Positions 37,130 through 46,712 of a stretch of DNA of 64,000 bases are shown in pieces. Numbering within the stretch: position 1 is the first letter of the stretch; the number at the start of each line of letters is the position of its first letter. Source of the stretch: a virus; the IMG/VR virus record IMGVR_UViG_3300036851_000225, positions 6,018-70,017 of that record. One strand, 5' to 3'. The translations under genes and the position numbers were made by a program. The notes beneath the pieces are model-generated. The model made no database searches. It had not been told where the DNA came from and saw nothing but the letters and a program-made list of their open reading frames with translations.

Positions 37130-37587
37130 CAATGCTTAATTTACGGCTGAAAATAGCTGATCTTCACTCGTTGCTTCGTGAGACAAAGCAAGCGATGGAT
37201 CTGGCCGAAGCGCGAATTACCGGCACTATCACCGGCAAGAACGCCGAAGAGCGCAAGGCCAATCTGACGATAGCGCTTGCTACTGATCAGGAGCATCGAA
37301 CGCTCTGCTATAACTACGAGCAGACTACTACTCGCCTTGAAAGGTGCGAAGCTGAACTTGAGGGCCTGAAAGACGAGCGGCGCGAGCGGGAATGGACGAT
37401 CCGCGCTCGCCTGGCTGATGCGCTGATCAGTCGAGGTGTGCAGAGTGACAGCGACGATCCGACTGGGGATGGTGCGTTCGATGACGTAGGCGATCAGGTG
37501 TCCTATGACGTTGTTTTTAAGAGGCCAAAGCCGAGGACAATGCGGATCAACGGCATTGTCACTGAGAATGTCGAGATCCCCTTCTGA
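37126..37587 (+). CDS. Coiled-coil protein ending in an SSB-like EIPF tail
   Basis: Acidic region and C-terminal IPF. Confidence 0.55.
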   Translation: MTMLNLRLKIADLHSLLRETKQAMDLAEARITGTITGKNAEERKANLTIALATDQEHRTLCYNYEQTTTRLERCEAELEGLKDERREREWTIRARLADALISRGVQSDSDDPTGDGAFDDVGDQVSYDVVFKRPKPRTMRINGIVTENVEIPF

Positions 37588-37592
37588 TCGCC

Positions 37593-37795
37593 TGTTCGAT
37601 TGATTGTACTGATTGGCTAGTTATGATACAATACAGGCAGACAAGCGCGGCGGTACGGGGTGGAAGCCGGAACACCGCTTTTATACTCCTACCGTTGCGC
37701 TAGACTATACCCGCTCGTTTGGAGCTTGCACCTTCCACCTCTGCAAGTTCTAGGCGAGCTTTTCTTTTCTCCCTGTTCGATTGATCGAACTGATT
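37593..37795 (+). promoter_or_regulatory. Replication operon leader bracketed by two 22-bp motifs, containing a terminator
   Basis: Motifs 37593-37614 and 37774-37795; TGATACAAT; stem 37713-37759 with T-tract. Confidence 0.65.
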
Positions 37796-37812
37796 GCGTA
37801 GATGAGGTATTT

Positions 37813-38469
37813 ATGGCGCGTCAACCCCTGACTATAGCCGATCACTACTTCAACTCGAAGATTGCTCTTGAGACGTATACGCGATCAATCCTCCACAGCT
37901 ACAGAGCGCCAGCAAGATTAAAGCCCGAAGATGAGCGCTTTATAAGTGAATTACTACAGCGCCATGAGCATGCCGATGAAAAGATAGGGACAGGGATAAA
38001 AGAGATATGGGTGAAGTGTTTAGCTTTTAATAGTAATGGCTTTGTTGTCAAGCGCACTGACAGTACAGAGATAGATTTTAGCTATAAATCCTGTCTGCGG
38101 CCCTCCACCTATGCCAGTAAGGTTAAATTTGCCTTGCGCCGTGCTGTTGATGAGCAAATACTTGCTATTAAGCGCTGTACATTCCCTGAGCGAACATCAA
38201 CTATTGTTTGCCCCATAACAGGACAGGTAATCACTGCTAATAAAGCGCATGTTGACCATATACCACCTGCAACATTCAAAAATTTAGTCGAAACATACCT
38301 GGAACTTCGACACATCACAGTTGATGATATACCCCTTCTTCCCACTCCTGACGGCATAGGAGATATGCTCCCTGATGACTGGTCAACTGACTGGTCCTTA
38401 TGGCATCAGTCTCATGCTCAGTTGCGAGTTATTAGTGAATACGCCAATCTCCATATCGTAAAAGGCTAA
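37813..38469 (+). CDS. DUF3223 (DCL-like) protein with HNH-like C-terminus
   Basis: LLQRHEHADEKIGTGI, GFVVKRTDSTEIDFSYKSC; CPITG..HVDH. Confidence 0.75.
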   Translation: MARQPLTIADHYFNSKIALETYTRSILHSYRAPARLKPEDERFISELLQRHEHADEKIGTGIKEIWVKCLAFNSNGFVVKRTDSTEIDFSYKSCLRPSTYASKVKFALRRAVDEQILAIKRCTFPERTSTIVCPITGQVITANKAHVDHIPPATFKNLVETYLELRHITVDDIPLLPTPDGIGDMLPDDWSTDWSLWHQSHAQLRVISEYANLHIVKG

Positions 38470-38473
38470 TCCT

Positions 38474-40939
38474 ATGCCCTCACTCCACGATACCGCCATT
38501 AGCTATGCTCGTGCTGATCGTCGTATTATCCCGCTTCACGATACCGTATCCGGCCAATGTTCATGCAACGATCCAGATTGTGGCAGTCCTGGCAAACACC
38601 CTCGAACAAAAAATGGATTGATAGATGCTATTACTGACACGAACATTATAGATAAATGGTGGCAGCAATGGCCTGATGCTAATATTGGTATAGTGGGCGA
38701 TGAGGGAATAGATATTGATAACAAAGGCAATCCTGATGCCAATGAGTTGTATGAGGAATGGGCAGCGCTCGTTGAAACCCTAGATCCCGGACTTGTTGAT
38801 CGCTTGCTCTGTGAGGGCACACCTAGCGGCGGCTATCATCTCGCCTGGGATTGTGAAACGATAGAGGGCAGTCAGAAGTTAGCACAACGAATGCCGACAA
38901 AGAGTGAGCTGCGTAAAGAGCCAAAGCTGAAAGCTATTACCTTGATAGAGACACGGGGCAGTGGCGGCTACTTCGCAGTTACCCCCTCGCAAGGCTATAC
39001 CCTGTATCGCGGTGACTGGTGTAATTTGCCAGCCATCACCGAAGGGGAGCGGCTTATCTTGCTCGATTGTGCCAGGGCGATGAATAAGCTTACGAGTGGC
39101 AAGCTTATCACCGGCTACACCTCACGACAGGGAGAGAATGGATTAAAGCCAGGTGTGGATTATAGCGAGCGGGTGACAAATGATGAAATTGCAGCATTGC
39201 TCAAAAAGCACGGCTGGAAACATACCCGCAGCAGAAGCGATAACGAGTATTTTTGCAGGCCGGGAAAAAAGGGAGGTATCAGCGCGTCGTGGAGTGATAA
39301 AGAGCGTGTCTTTTATGTATTCAGCAGCAACGCAGCGCCGTTCGATCAGGATCATGGCTATGGCGCTTTCGCCGTCTATGCTCACTTAGAGCACAACGGC
39401 GATTTTAGTGCAGCGGCGCGGGCATTGGTCAAAGAGGGGTATGGCGATCAAGTTCTCGATAGTCCGCTACTTAATAACGGCAAATGTCCAAAATGCGGTA
39501 AGGCACCACGCAAGAGTAAGTACAACGATGAATGGTACTGCAACTGCCAAAGTCCCGCACTGAAATGGCCTGCCGATCCAATAGCTACTGAGCAAGCCGA
39601 TCCTGTCAGGCCAGTGTCTCATTCTCAGCGCAAGATCGAATATGTGACCGACTGGCGACAATCTGGCGTTACGCTAGCTGAACTTCAGTATAAACAATTC
39701 GAGCCTGAGCGGTGGATAATTGAAAACATTTTACCAGAAGGTGCATGCCTGCTTGCTGCTAAATACAAGAGCAAAAAATCATGGCTATCGCTTGCTCTTA
39801 GCTTGGCTGTTTCTATGGGGGGCAAGGCGCTAGGCAGACTAGCAGTATCATCAGGCAGAGTGCTCTATCTTGACCTTGAGGGTAAGCAGCAGCGCATTCA
39901 GAAGCGTACACGCGCTATTTTAGGTGTGCGCAATATTTTATGGCCTGATAACTTTCACATTTTTACCCAATGGCCGCAAGGCGATGAAGGATTAGATCGG
40001 CTGGAACAGTGGCTTAAAGCCTATAGCGATACTGCTCTAGCTATCATAGACGTACTGGCTGATTTTCGCCGGCCTATCGAAAAACATGAACAGCCGTATC
40101 AATATGATCGCGCCACAGTACAGCCTATCAATAGCCTATTCGAGCATTATCACGCTACGGCTATCCTCGTGCATCACTTCAATAAGGCCAAGAATGATGA
40201 CATTATGGATAGTATCAGCGGGACAACTGGCCTGCCTTCAGCAGTCAATACGATGTGGGGATTGTCCAGAGATGTAAACGATAGTAGCATTACTGTTCTC
40301 AGTTTGCGCGGGCGCGACCTGGAGAATGAGGAGCCGATAGCACTTCGCTGGGATAGCTATCTCAACAGCCATATCATCGAAGGACCGGCGCATGAAGTTG
40401 CCATATCTACAGAGCGCAAGGCCGTTCTTGCTTTATTGAGCGATGACATGCCGCGCACGCCAAAAGAGATTGCTGCTGAACTAGGAAAAACAGCAGAGTC
40501 AGTCAAGCAGCTTTTGCGCAAACTTTTGAGTGATGAATCGGTAGACAAAGCCGGATATGGTAAATACGCGATACTGCGCAAAGTCGATCACTCCGATCAC
40601 TCCGATCACTCTGGTACTTGTGATCACTCTGATCACTCTTTGGATGGTTCCAAGAGTGATCGATCCATAGCAAGAGTGATCCCCCCCGATCACTCTGTTT
40701 TGGAGCATCAGGAAGGCTCAAATGGCAAGAGTGATCAGAGTGATCGAGATCAGCATATGGATGAAAAAATGATCGATGATACGACACTCACCGATAGTGA
40801 TCATAGCCGACTAGCTGTCCTTGCAGCGCAGTCAGGGCAAAGCAACACATCGTATCAGCATATCAATCGCATTCGAGATATGGCAACACGGCGCTATGCA
40901 ATGCAGGAGATTGAACGAATAGAGGGAGAGAAAAAATGA
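38474..40939 (+). CDS. Bifunctional primase-polymerase fused to an AAA_25/RepA-type helicase
   Basis: CSC..C..PGKHP, WPDANIGI, IDID, TPSGGYH; AAKYKSKKSW, VLYLDLEG, IIDVL, LVHH. Confidence 0.9.
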   Translation: MPSLHDTAISYARADRRIIPLHDTVSGQCSCNDPDCGSPGKHPRTKNGLIDAITDTNIIDKWWQQWPDANIGIVGDEGIDIDNKGNPDANELYEEWAALVETLDPGLVDRLLCEGTPSGGYHLAWDCETIEGSQKLAQRMPTKSELRKEPKLKAITLIETRGSGGYFAVTPSQGYTLYRGDWCNLPAITEGERLILLDCARAMNKLTSGKLITGYTSRQGENGLKPGVDYSERVTNDEIAALLKKHGWKHTRSRSDNEYFCRPGKKGGISASWSDKERVFYVFSSNAAPFDQDHGYGAFAVYAHLEHNGDFSAAARALVKEGYGDQVLDSPLLNNGKCPKCGKAPRKSKYNDEWYCNCQSPALKWPADPIATEQADPVRPVSHSQRKIEYVTDWRQSGVTLAELQYKQFEPERWIIENILPEGACLLAAKYKSKKSWLSLALSLAVSMGGKALGRLAVSSGRVLYLDLEGKQQRIQKRTRAILGVRNILWPDNFHIFTQWPQGDEGLDRLEQWLKAYSDTALAIIDVLADFRRPIEKHEQPYQYDRATVQPINSLFEHYHATAILVHHFNKAKNDDIMDSISGTTGLPSAVNTMWGLSRDVNDSSITVLSLRGRDLENEEPIALRWDSYLNSHIIEGPAHEVAISTERKAVLALLSDDMPRTPKEIAAELGKTAESVKQLLRKLLSDESVDKAGYGKYAILRKVDHSDHSDHSGTCDHSDHSLDGSKSDRSIARVIPPDHSVLEHQEGSNGKSDQSDRDQHMDEKMIDDTTLTDSDHSRLAVLAAQSGQSNTSYQHINRIRDMATRRYAMQEIERIEGEKK
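40585..40805. repeat. Direct and inverted GATCACTC/GAGTGATC repeats (candidate origin iterons)
   Basis: About ten copies, several with 9-bp period, inside the 3' end of the rep gene. Confidence 0.7.
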
Positions 40940-41208
40940 CACTCAGTATCTTTGACGATCTGATCTTTCCCGCCATGCCGCCGCGCCAGCCGTCAATCAC
41001 CCGCGCTTGTGCCGTGTGCGACATGCCGACTTCGTTGCAGCCAAGCCAGCCGCGCTTGTGTGGCTTATGCCGAGCCGATGTGCCAAAGATACGCGCTCAT
41101 CTTGCCCATTTACGAACGGCGTATGAGCAACAGTTGAGTGATGATGCGCAGTCGGTAGCGCTGGCGAGAGTGACGAGTGCCGAGAGGGAGGTAAGCAGAT
41201 GCAACTAG
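40936..41208 (+). CDS. Zn-finger protein
   Basis: CAVC..CGLC. Confidence 0.5.
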   Translation: MTLSIFDDLIFPAMPPRQPSITRACAVCDMPTSLQPSQPRLCGLCRADVPKIRAHLAHLRTAYEQQLSDDAQSVALARVTSAEREVSRCN

Positions 41209-41603
41209 CAGATTGGCAACTGGCCTATATCAAGCATCGTAAGATCGTCGTACAGCCAGGACAGGATCTTGTTGCTCAATTCCCGTGGCTGTTTCGCAAC
41301 ACACATGCGATGCTGTTCCAGGCCGGCTATGCCGCTGGCATGGCGGCGCAGGAGGCAGAGATCGTCAGCCTTGCCAAAATCCAGCAACGCACAGAGGAGA
41401 ACTTTATGCGTACAGCAAAGGCGTGGGAGGAAGCAAAAAATCAAGCTGAAATTGCCGTGCGTCGTGAGCAAGAGTTGCAACGTGCCTATGACAATGTAGT
41501 GATAGTCTGCCAGGCCGAGATCGATGTGTTGCGCCGCTTGCTGAGTGAGGCAGAGGCCGAAGTACATCGGCTTAAGCAGTGTTCGATTGAACGCACTGAT
41601 TAG
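41199..41603 (+). CDS. Coiled-coil protein
   Basis: GGAGGT RBS. Confidence 0.55.
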   Translation: MQLADWQLAYIKHRKIVVQPGQDLVAQFPWLFRNTHAMLFQAGYAAGMAAQEAEIVSLAKIQQRTEENFMRTAKAWEEAKNQAEIAVRREQELQRAYDNVVIVCQAEIDVLRRLLSEAEAEVHRLKQCSIERTD

Positions 41604-41820
41604 AAGGTATGCCAGGCTTCACGAGCAAGGCAGCAAGGCCGATGAGTTGCCGATCTGGTGTATCGCTCCGACGCATAAAACGTAGTGCGGCACAAATAGC
41701 ACTGCAATGCGGTATCTGTAATCGGCGCTATAGGGCGTTAGGGATTTACAGCGTGTCAGCTCATTAGGACGATATACAACAGGTACAAAGTAGACAATAT
41801 ATTTTACAATGGAGAAAAAC

Positions 41821-42126
41821 ATGTGCTTTGAACATTTGAACGAAGCAAATAAGCGCAATGAACTGCTCTTGCTTGACGGCGGCATGTGTCGTTTTCATCT
41901 GCGCAAAGACGGCCAATTGACGATCCACGAGATCATCAGTCAGCAGCCAGGGACAGGCCAAAAGATGCTCGGCGAACTGAAAACGAAAGGCGCAACGTCA
42001 CTCTTTGCGAAGTGTTCTGTTGCATATCAATCGAACGAATGGTACAGACGGCGTGGCTTTATCCTCGAAAAAGTTGAGACGTTGAAATCTGGCACGCAGA
42101 TCAATCATTGGCGGCTATGGAACTGA
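41821..42126 (+). CDS. GNAT-like N-acetyltransferase
   Basis: LTIHEII..QPGTGQKML (motif A), SNEWYRRRGF (motif B). Confidence 0.75.
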   Translation: MCFEHLNEANKRNELLLLDGGMCRFHLRKDGQLTIHEIISQQPGTGQKMLGELKTKGATSLFAKCSVAYQSNEWYRRRGFILEKVETLKSGTQINHWRLWN

Positions 42127-42797
42127 TCTATTGCGCTGGCAAAAATCGCCACTTTGAAGCCATAGCATTAGGAGCAGGCTTCAATCTAGGCGTTCAATTA
42201 CCGAATGTAATCTATCATCTGCCGCTCTACTTTGCCGATCAGGATTGGAAAAGGCCGAATAGAGAACGGTACATGGCGGCATTGGCTGAACATCGCCCGG
42301 TAGTGGCAACAGTACTGGACTGGGAGCAAGAGGAGCAACTTGACGAGGTGTTAGATTGGGCTGAAGAAACAACACAATACGTTGACCGTGTACTCATTGT
42401 GCCAAAAGTATCGGACGGCATTGATCGTTTGCCGCGCGTGATTGGCGGTAAACCGGTTATGCTGGCGTTTAGCGTGCCTACGCGGTTTGGAGGTACGCAA
42501 TTACCAATCTGGGAATTTGCAGGCTGGCCTGTCCACTTACTCGGCGGCTCGCCGCATAGCCAGATGCATTATTGGTATCACTTATCAGCAATAGCCGATG
42601 TAGTGAGCACAGACGGCAATATGGCACAACAGCAAGCACACAAGTGCCGCTTTTGGAATAAGAATAAGGGTAGCAAGGGGCACTGGATACAACTTAGCGA
42701 GGTCGGAGCAGGCGACTTCGGCAAGGATAGCAATCAAGAGGCGTTCCGGCGTTCGTGCCAGAACATCATGGAGGCGTGGCAATGCCTGATGAAATGA
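42117..42797 (+). CDS. Divergent TGT/DpdA-like TIM-barrel protein (DUF6610-like), copy 1
   Basis: FADQDW, TVLDW, IVPK, SVPT, VHLLGGSP, VVSTDGN. Confidence 0.6.
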   Translation: MELIYCAGKNRHFEAIALGAGFNLGVQLPNVIYHLPLYFADQDWKRPNRERYMAALAEHRPVVATVLDWEQEEQLDEVLDWAEETTQYVDRVLIVPKVSDGIDRLPRVIGGKPVMLAFSVPTRFGGTQLPIWEFAGWPVHLLGGSPHSQMHYWYHLSAIADVVSTDGNMAQQQAHKCRFWNKNKGSKGHWIQLSEVGAGDFGKDSNQEAFRRSCQNIMEAWQCLMK

Positions 42798-42977
42798 CAA
42801 TCATCACAGGACAAAACGGCTTTTACGCCGTCGTCGGCAATCGGCGCACGCGGCTCTATATCAGTGTAGCGGCTGCACAGCGAGCGGCGGCAAGAGGCGA
42901 ATTGTACACGGCGCACGAGTATGCCGTACTGACTGGACAGGACGCCGCGCAGCCTGAAGCCAAATCGCCGCTATCGC

Positions 42978-43170
42978 TGTTCGATTGATCGTACTGATTG
43001 ACAAATAGGGGCAGCGGATGTATACTTGTCTCGATACCTTCAGTCAGGAAAGCGATGCAGGCGTTGTGCTAGGCGCTGCATCGGCAGCACAATTGCATAC
43101 GCATCGCTACGAAAGGCCATTTGATCGACTGTCTAGCACCAGTCAATCAGGTGGCTTTCTCGTTTCCAAG
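42978..43170 (+). promoter_or_regulatory. 22-bp motif, promoter and structured leader
   Basis: Motif 42978-42999; TTGACA-17-TATACT 42998-43026; hairpin 43111-43159. Confidence 0.7.
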
Positions 43171-43180
43171 AGGAGAGAAG

Positions 43181-43453
43181 ATGAGTTTTACACCAGGGCC
43201 ATGGCGTGCTGAGCGAACGTTAGGCGAGTGGGCTATTACTGGACCACCGAACTATGACGAGGATAGTATCGTTGTGTGGGCTGATGCTGGCGTGAACGGT
43301 AAGGCCAATGCGCGATTGATCGCCGCCGCCCCTGACATGCACGCCGCCCTCACCCAGGTATCGACTATCCTTCACCGTCGCAATCAGCCAGGCTGGGAAG
43401 AGGAGTTATTGGCAGTCGTTGACGCTGCTCTGAGCAAGGCGGAAGTGCAATGA
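43181..43453 (+). CDS. Conserved phage protein
   Basis: FTPGPW...ANARLIAAAPDM. Confidence 0.7.
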   Translation: MSFTPGPWRAERTLGEWAITGPPNYDEDSIVVWADAGVNGKANARLIAAAPDMHAALTQVSTILHRRNQPGWEEELLAVVDAALSKAEVQ

Positions 43454-43806
43454 AGTGGGCAACAAACTACAAACGTACAGCCTACTATCGATCCTTTGCA
43501 GCGGAGCGATTACGCAAAGAGCGACGACTGTACGCCACAATCGCGCTTCTGTCCTGTATCTATTCAGTGACGCTTGCTATCCTTGAACGGCGACTGCCGA
43601 TCATACCTGACTACACGATAGTCGAGGTAATGGTCGGCGTGTTGATCGTCCTGGTGCCTGCTGCACTGATAGCACGGCGGCTTGACGATGATGCATTCCC
43701 GCTGACATGGCGACGGTACGAGCGGCTGATCGTCGGCGGCTTTGTAAGCAGTGGCATCCCTATCGCAGTGTGGCAAGCCGTTGAATACATATTGAGGCGA
43801 GCATGA
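43450..43806 (+). CDS. Membrane protein
   Basis: Three hydrophobic segments. Confidence 0.55.
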   Translation: MKWATNYKRTAYYRSFAAERLRKERRLYATIALLSCIYSVTLAILERRLPIIPDYTIVEVMVGVLIVLVPAALIARRLDDDAFPLTWRRYERLIVGGFVSSGIPIAVWQAVEYILRRA

Positions 43807-44093
43807 CACCTGACGAGTTTTACAGGCAATACACAGCGTTGCTCCACGCCTTACAAACTGGCGTGATGTATCGGCAACAGCTTGATCCAAGAGACGGCAC
43901 ACCTAAGCATCTACGGGTCGGTATTAACGCCAGCAAGGTCGATCATGCTGCGCTGGTGCGATTGCTCATTGATCGTGGTATCTTCACAGAAGCAGAGTAT
44001 TTTGTTGCTCTGCTGGAAGAAATGAAAGTCGAAGTACAGCGTTATGAAGCGGAACTGTCACAGCACTACGGTGTAAAGGTAACGCTAGGATAA
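43803..44093 (+). CDS. Conserved phage protein
   Basis: HALQTGV..PKHLRVGIN..LLIDRGIFTEAEY. Confidence 0.6.
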   Translation: MTPDEFYRQYTALLHALQTGVMYRQQLDPRDGTPKHLRVGINASKVDHAALVRLLIDRGIFTEAEYFVALLEEMKVEVQRYEAELSQHYGVKVTLG

Positions 44094-44097
44094 CACA

Positions 44098-44313
44098 ATG
44101 AAACTCTCCTCTCTCCTCTCAGCACACTATCGCATCTTCCGCTACATCGGCGCTCCGAAGTGGTACGCTGCCCGCCGTGCCATAGTCGAGATGATCAAGG
44201 TGTATCCGGTGCAAGATTGGCGCTTTGTGGCGTGGCTGCTGTTCCTGGCATTGAACGTCAGCCTTGTGCTCAATATTGCACTCATCGTGCTGATCATCAT
44301 TGCGACGGCATAG
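44098..44313 (+). CDS. Small membrane protein
   Basis: C-terminal hydrophobic stretch. Confidence 0.5.
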   Translation: MKLSSLLSAHYRIFRYIGAPKWYAARRAIVEMIKVYPVQDWRFVAWLLFLALNVSLVLNIALIVLIIIATA

Positions 44314-44526
44314 GCTCTTGCTGGCTGTGCTGACTGCCGTGATAGAGAGCCTGTCATAGGCATTGAGTACAGCCAAGAGGAGCCTATACGACAAAAGGGG
44401 GTGATCAGCGGGCGACATCGCACCGTCCAGGGTTGATTGCACAATCGGGGCAGCGTCGCTGTGAGGAGCGCTGCCCCACTTATCAGCACCAGTGTTCGAT
44501 CAATCGAACTGATTAGAGGAGAGGCA

Positions 44527-44904
44527 ATGACAACACTGCATCAGCAGATACACGCCGCTGTGGAGCAACGCATAACACGCGGCGCACTGACAAACGCGGA
44601 TATTCTCAGGCTGAAACTCGTCAAACTCATCGAAGAGGCATGCGAGTTGAGTGAGTATATCCATACGCCGATCCGCTATGCCACGGCGCAAACACAAGCG
44701 CTTGCTCGCGCTAGCTTCACGCATCGGTCTTGGCTACGAGATGATCGTCACTTCGATTTTGAGAAGATCAAGCAAGAGATTGCTGATTGCTACGTCGTCC
44801 TGGCGACAATGGAGCAAGAGATCATCGCACTGACTGGCGCTGAATGGGATATGCAACAGGCAGCATTGGAGAAGGCTACAGCGGACAGGGAGCGAACGAC
44901 ATGA
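44527..44904 (+). CDS. MazG-like NTP pyrophosphohydrolase
   Basis: KLIEEACEL...EIADCYVVL. Confidence 0.6.
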   Translation: MTTLHQQIHAAVEQRITRGALTNADILRLKLVKLIEEACELSEYIHTPIRYATAQTQALARASFTHRSWLRDDRHFDFEKIKQEIADCYVVLATMEQEIIALTGAEWDMQQAALEKATADRERTT

Positions 44905-45305
44905 GCATGTTTGTAAAAGGTGACAAGGTGAGAGTAAAGGCCGACAGCAGAAATGGCATTGTGCTGCGTGTCAGCCCCCGTCTGCAATCGAGTGTGCTGA
45001 TCCAGCCGAACGGCGGCGGCGAGCCTGTAGCCTTTCGACCAGACGAGTTGACAAAGATTGTCACTAGCTTTTATCCGGTAGCGCCTGCGGTGAAGCCATG
45101 AGAGGGACACCAAAAACCGATCACCCGACGCCTGGATATTGGGGAACGTACAAAAAAGCTGTGGTCTTGATTGATGATGATCACTCATTTGACGCCTGGA
45201 ACCGCTATGACATGCACCGTCATCGCCGGCATAGTTTAGATAAAGTGCGCGCCATACAATTCGGATGGCGCGCATTCCGAAAAGCATTAAAGAGAGTAAA
45301 ACATA

Positions 45306-46712
45306 ATGACTAACTATGCTGCTTTCCTTGACAGCAAGCGCATCGTTGCACAGCCAAGCGGGTTTGACGTTGACGAGCTGGCGCCAATGCTCTTTGACTA
45401 TCAATCAGCGGTCTGTAAATGGGCGTTGCGCAAGGGTAAGGGTGGGCTATTCTTAGACACAGGGCTTGGTAAGACGAGCATCTTTTTAGAGTGGGCACGG
45501 CACATCGTCAATCGTGAGGGCGGCAATGTGCTCATTCTTGCGCCTCTCGCTGTGTCCTACCAAATCGCCAGGGAGGGAAAGAAGTTCGGCATTGAAGTAA
45601 AAGTATGCTCGTCACAAGCCGATGTAGTACCGGGTATCAATGTGACGAACTACGAACGGCTGCACCTCTTCGAGCCGTCGAAGTTCATTGCCATTATCCT
45701 CGATGAAGGCAGCATTCTGAAGTCTCACGACGGCAAGACGCGCAACTACATTCTTGAGTGCTTTGCCCGCACACCATACAAGCTTGTGGCAACGGCTACC
45801 CCCAGCCCAAACGATCAAATGGAACTGGGCACCTATGCTGAGTTTTTAGGCATCATGTCCTACACCGAAATGCTCGCCACGTTCTTCTGTCACGACGGCG
45901 GCGACACAAGCAAGTGGCGATTGAAAGGCCATGCCGAAAAGGAATTTTACAAGTGGCTGGCGTCGTGGGCCATAGCCATGCGTAATCCTGCCGATCTTGG
46001 TTTCGACGGCTCACGGCATGTGCTACCGCCAAAGACGCGCCATGAGATCGTCGTCGCTGCCGATATTGAGACGGCACACGAGCAAGGTATGTTGTTTCCA
46101 ATGGAAGCATTGACGATGATTGAGCGCCGCGCCGCTCGCAAGGCCAGCATCACAGATCGTGTCAAGGCCGCTGCCGATATTGTAAACAGTCTGCCGGCAG
46201 ATGAGAAAGTTGTCTGCTGGTGCAATCTGAATGCCGAAGGCGATGCGCTCACAGCGGCAATCAACGGCGCTATCCAGGTAGCGGGCGCTGATCCGACCAT
46301 TACGAAAGAAAAGCGCCTGCTGGACTTTGCCCACGGCAATCTCAACCGGCTGGTGACAAAGCCAGAGATTGCAGGATGGGGTCTATGCTTAGAAGCCTGT
46401 CGCTATGCGTTCTTTATTGGCTTGTCTGATAGTTTCGAGAGCCTATACCAGGCAGAGCGGCGTATCTGGCGCTTCGGGCAGGAGAGAGAATGCCACATCT
46501 GGATTATCACTTCAGAGACAGAAGGCGCTGTTGTCAGGAATATCGAGCGCAAGGAGGCGCAGCACCATGCGATGATGGACGGCCTCGTGGCACATATGCG
46601 TGATGAGATGCGGCGGGAACTGCAATCAACAACGCGCATGACAGACGAGTACAGCGCCAATCAGCCGATGATACTACCGGAATGGATTAGAGAGGAGAGG
46701 ATAGCGGCATGA
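45306..46712 (+). CDS. SF2 (SNF2-like) helicase
   Basis: DTGLGKT, ILDEGS, TATPSPND, YQAERRIWRFGQ. Confidence 0.9.
   Translation: MTNYAAFLDSKRIVAQPSGFDVDELAPMLFDYQSAVCKWALRKGKGGLFLDTGLGKTSIFLEWARHIVNREGGNVLILAPLAVSYQIAREGKKFGIEVKVCSSQADVVPGINVTNYERLHLFEPSKFIAIILDEGSILKSHDGKTRNYILECFARTPYKLVATATPSPNDQMELGTYAEFLGIMSYTEMLATFFCHDGGDTSKWRLKGHAEKEFYKWLASWAIAMRNPADLGFDGSRHVLPPKTRHEIVVAADIETAHEQGMLFPMEALTMIERRAARKASITDRVKAAADIVNSLPADEKVVCWCNLNAEGDALTAAINGAIQVAGADPTITKEKRLLDFAHGNLNRLVTKPEIAGWGLCLEACRYAFFIGLSDSFESLYQAERRIWRFGQERECHIWIITSETEGAVVRNIERKEAQHHAMMDGLVAHMRDEMRRELQSTTRMTDEYSANQPMILPEWIREERIAA

Noticed and set aside
37660-37812. Upstream GTG start for the DUF3223 gene
   Set aside because: Region is a structured leader with a terminator; the RBS supports ATG 37813
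43027-43170. preQ1 riboswitch
   Set aside because: No recognisable class I preQ1 aptamer with an A-rich tail
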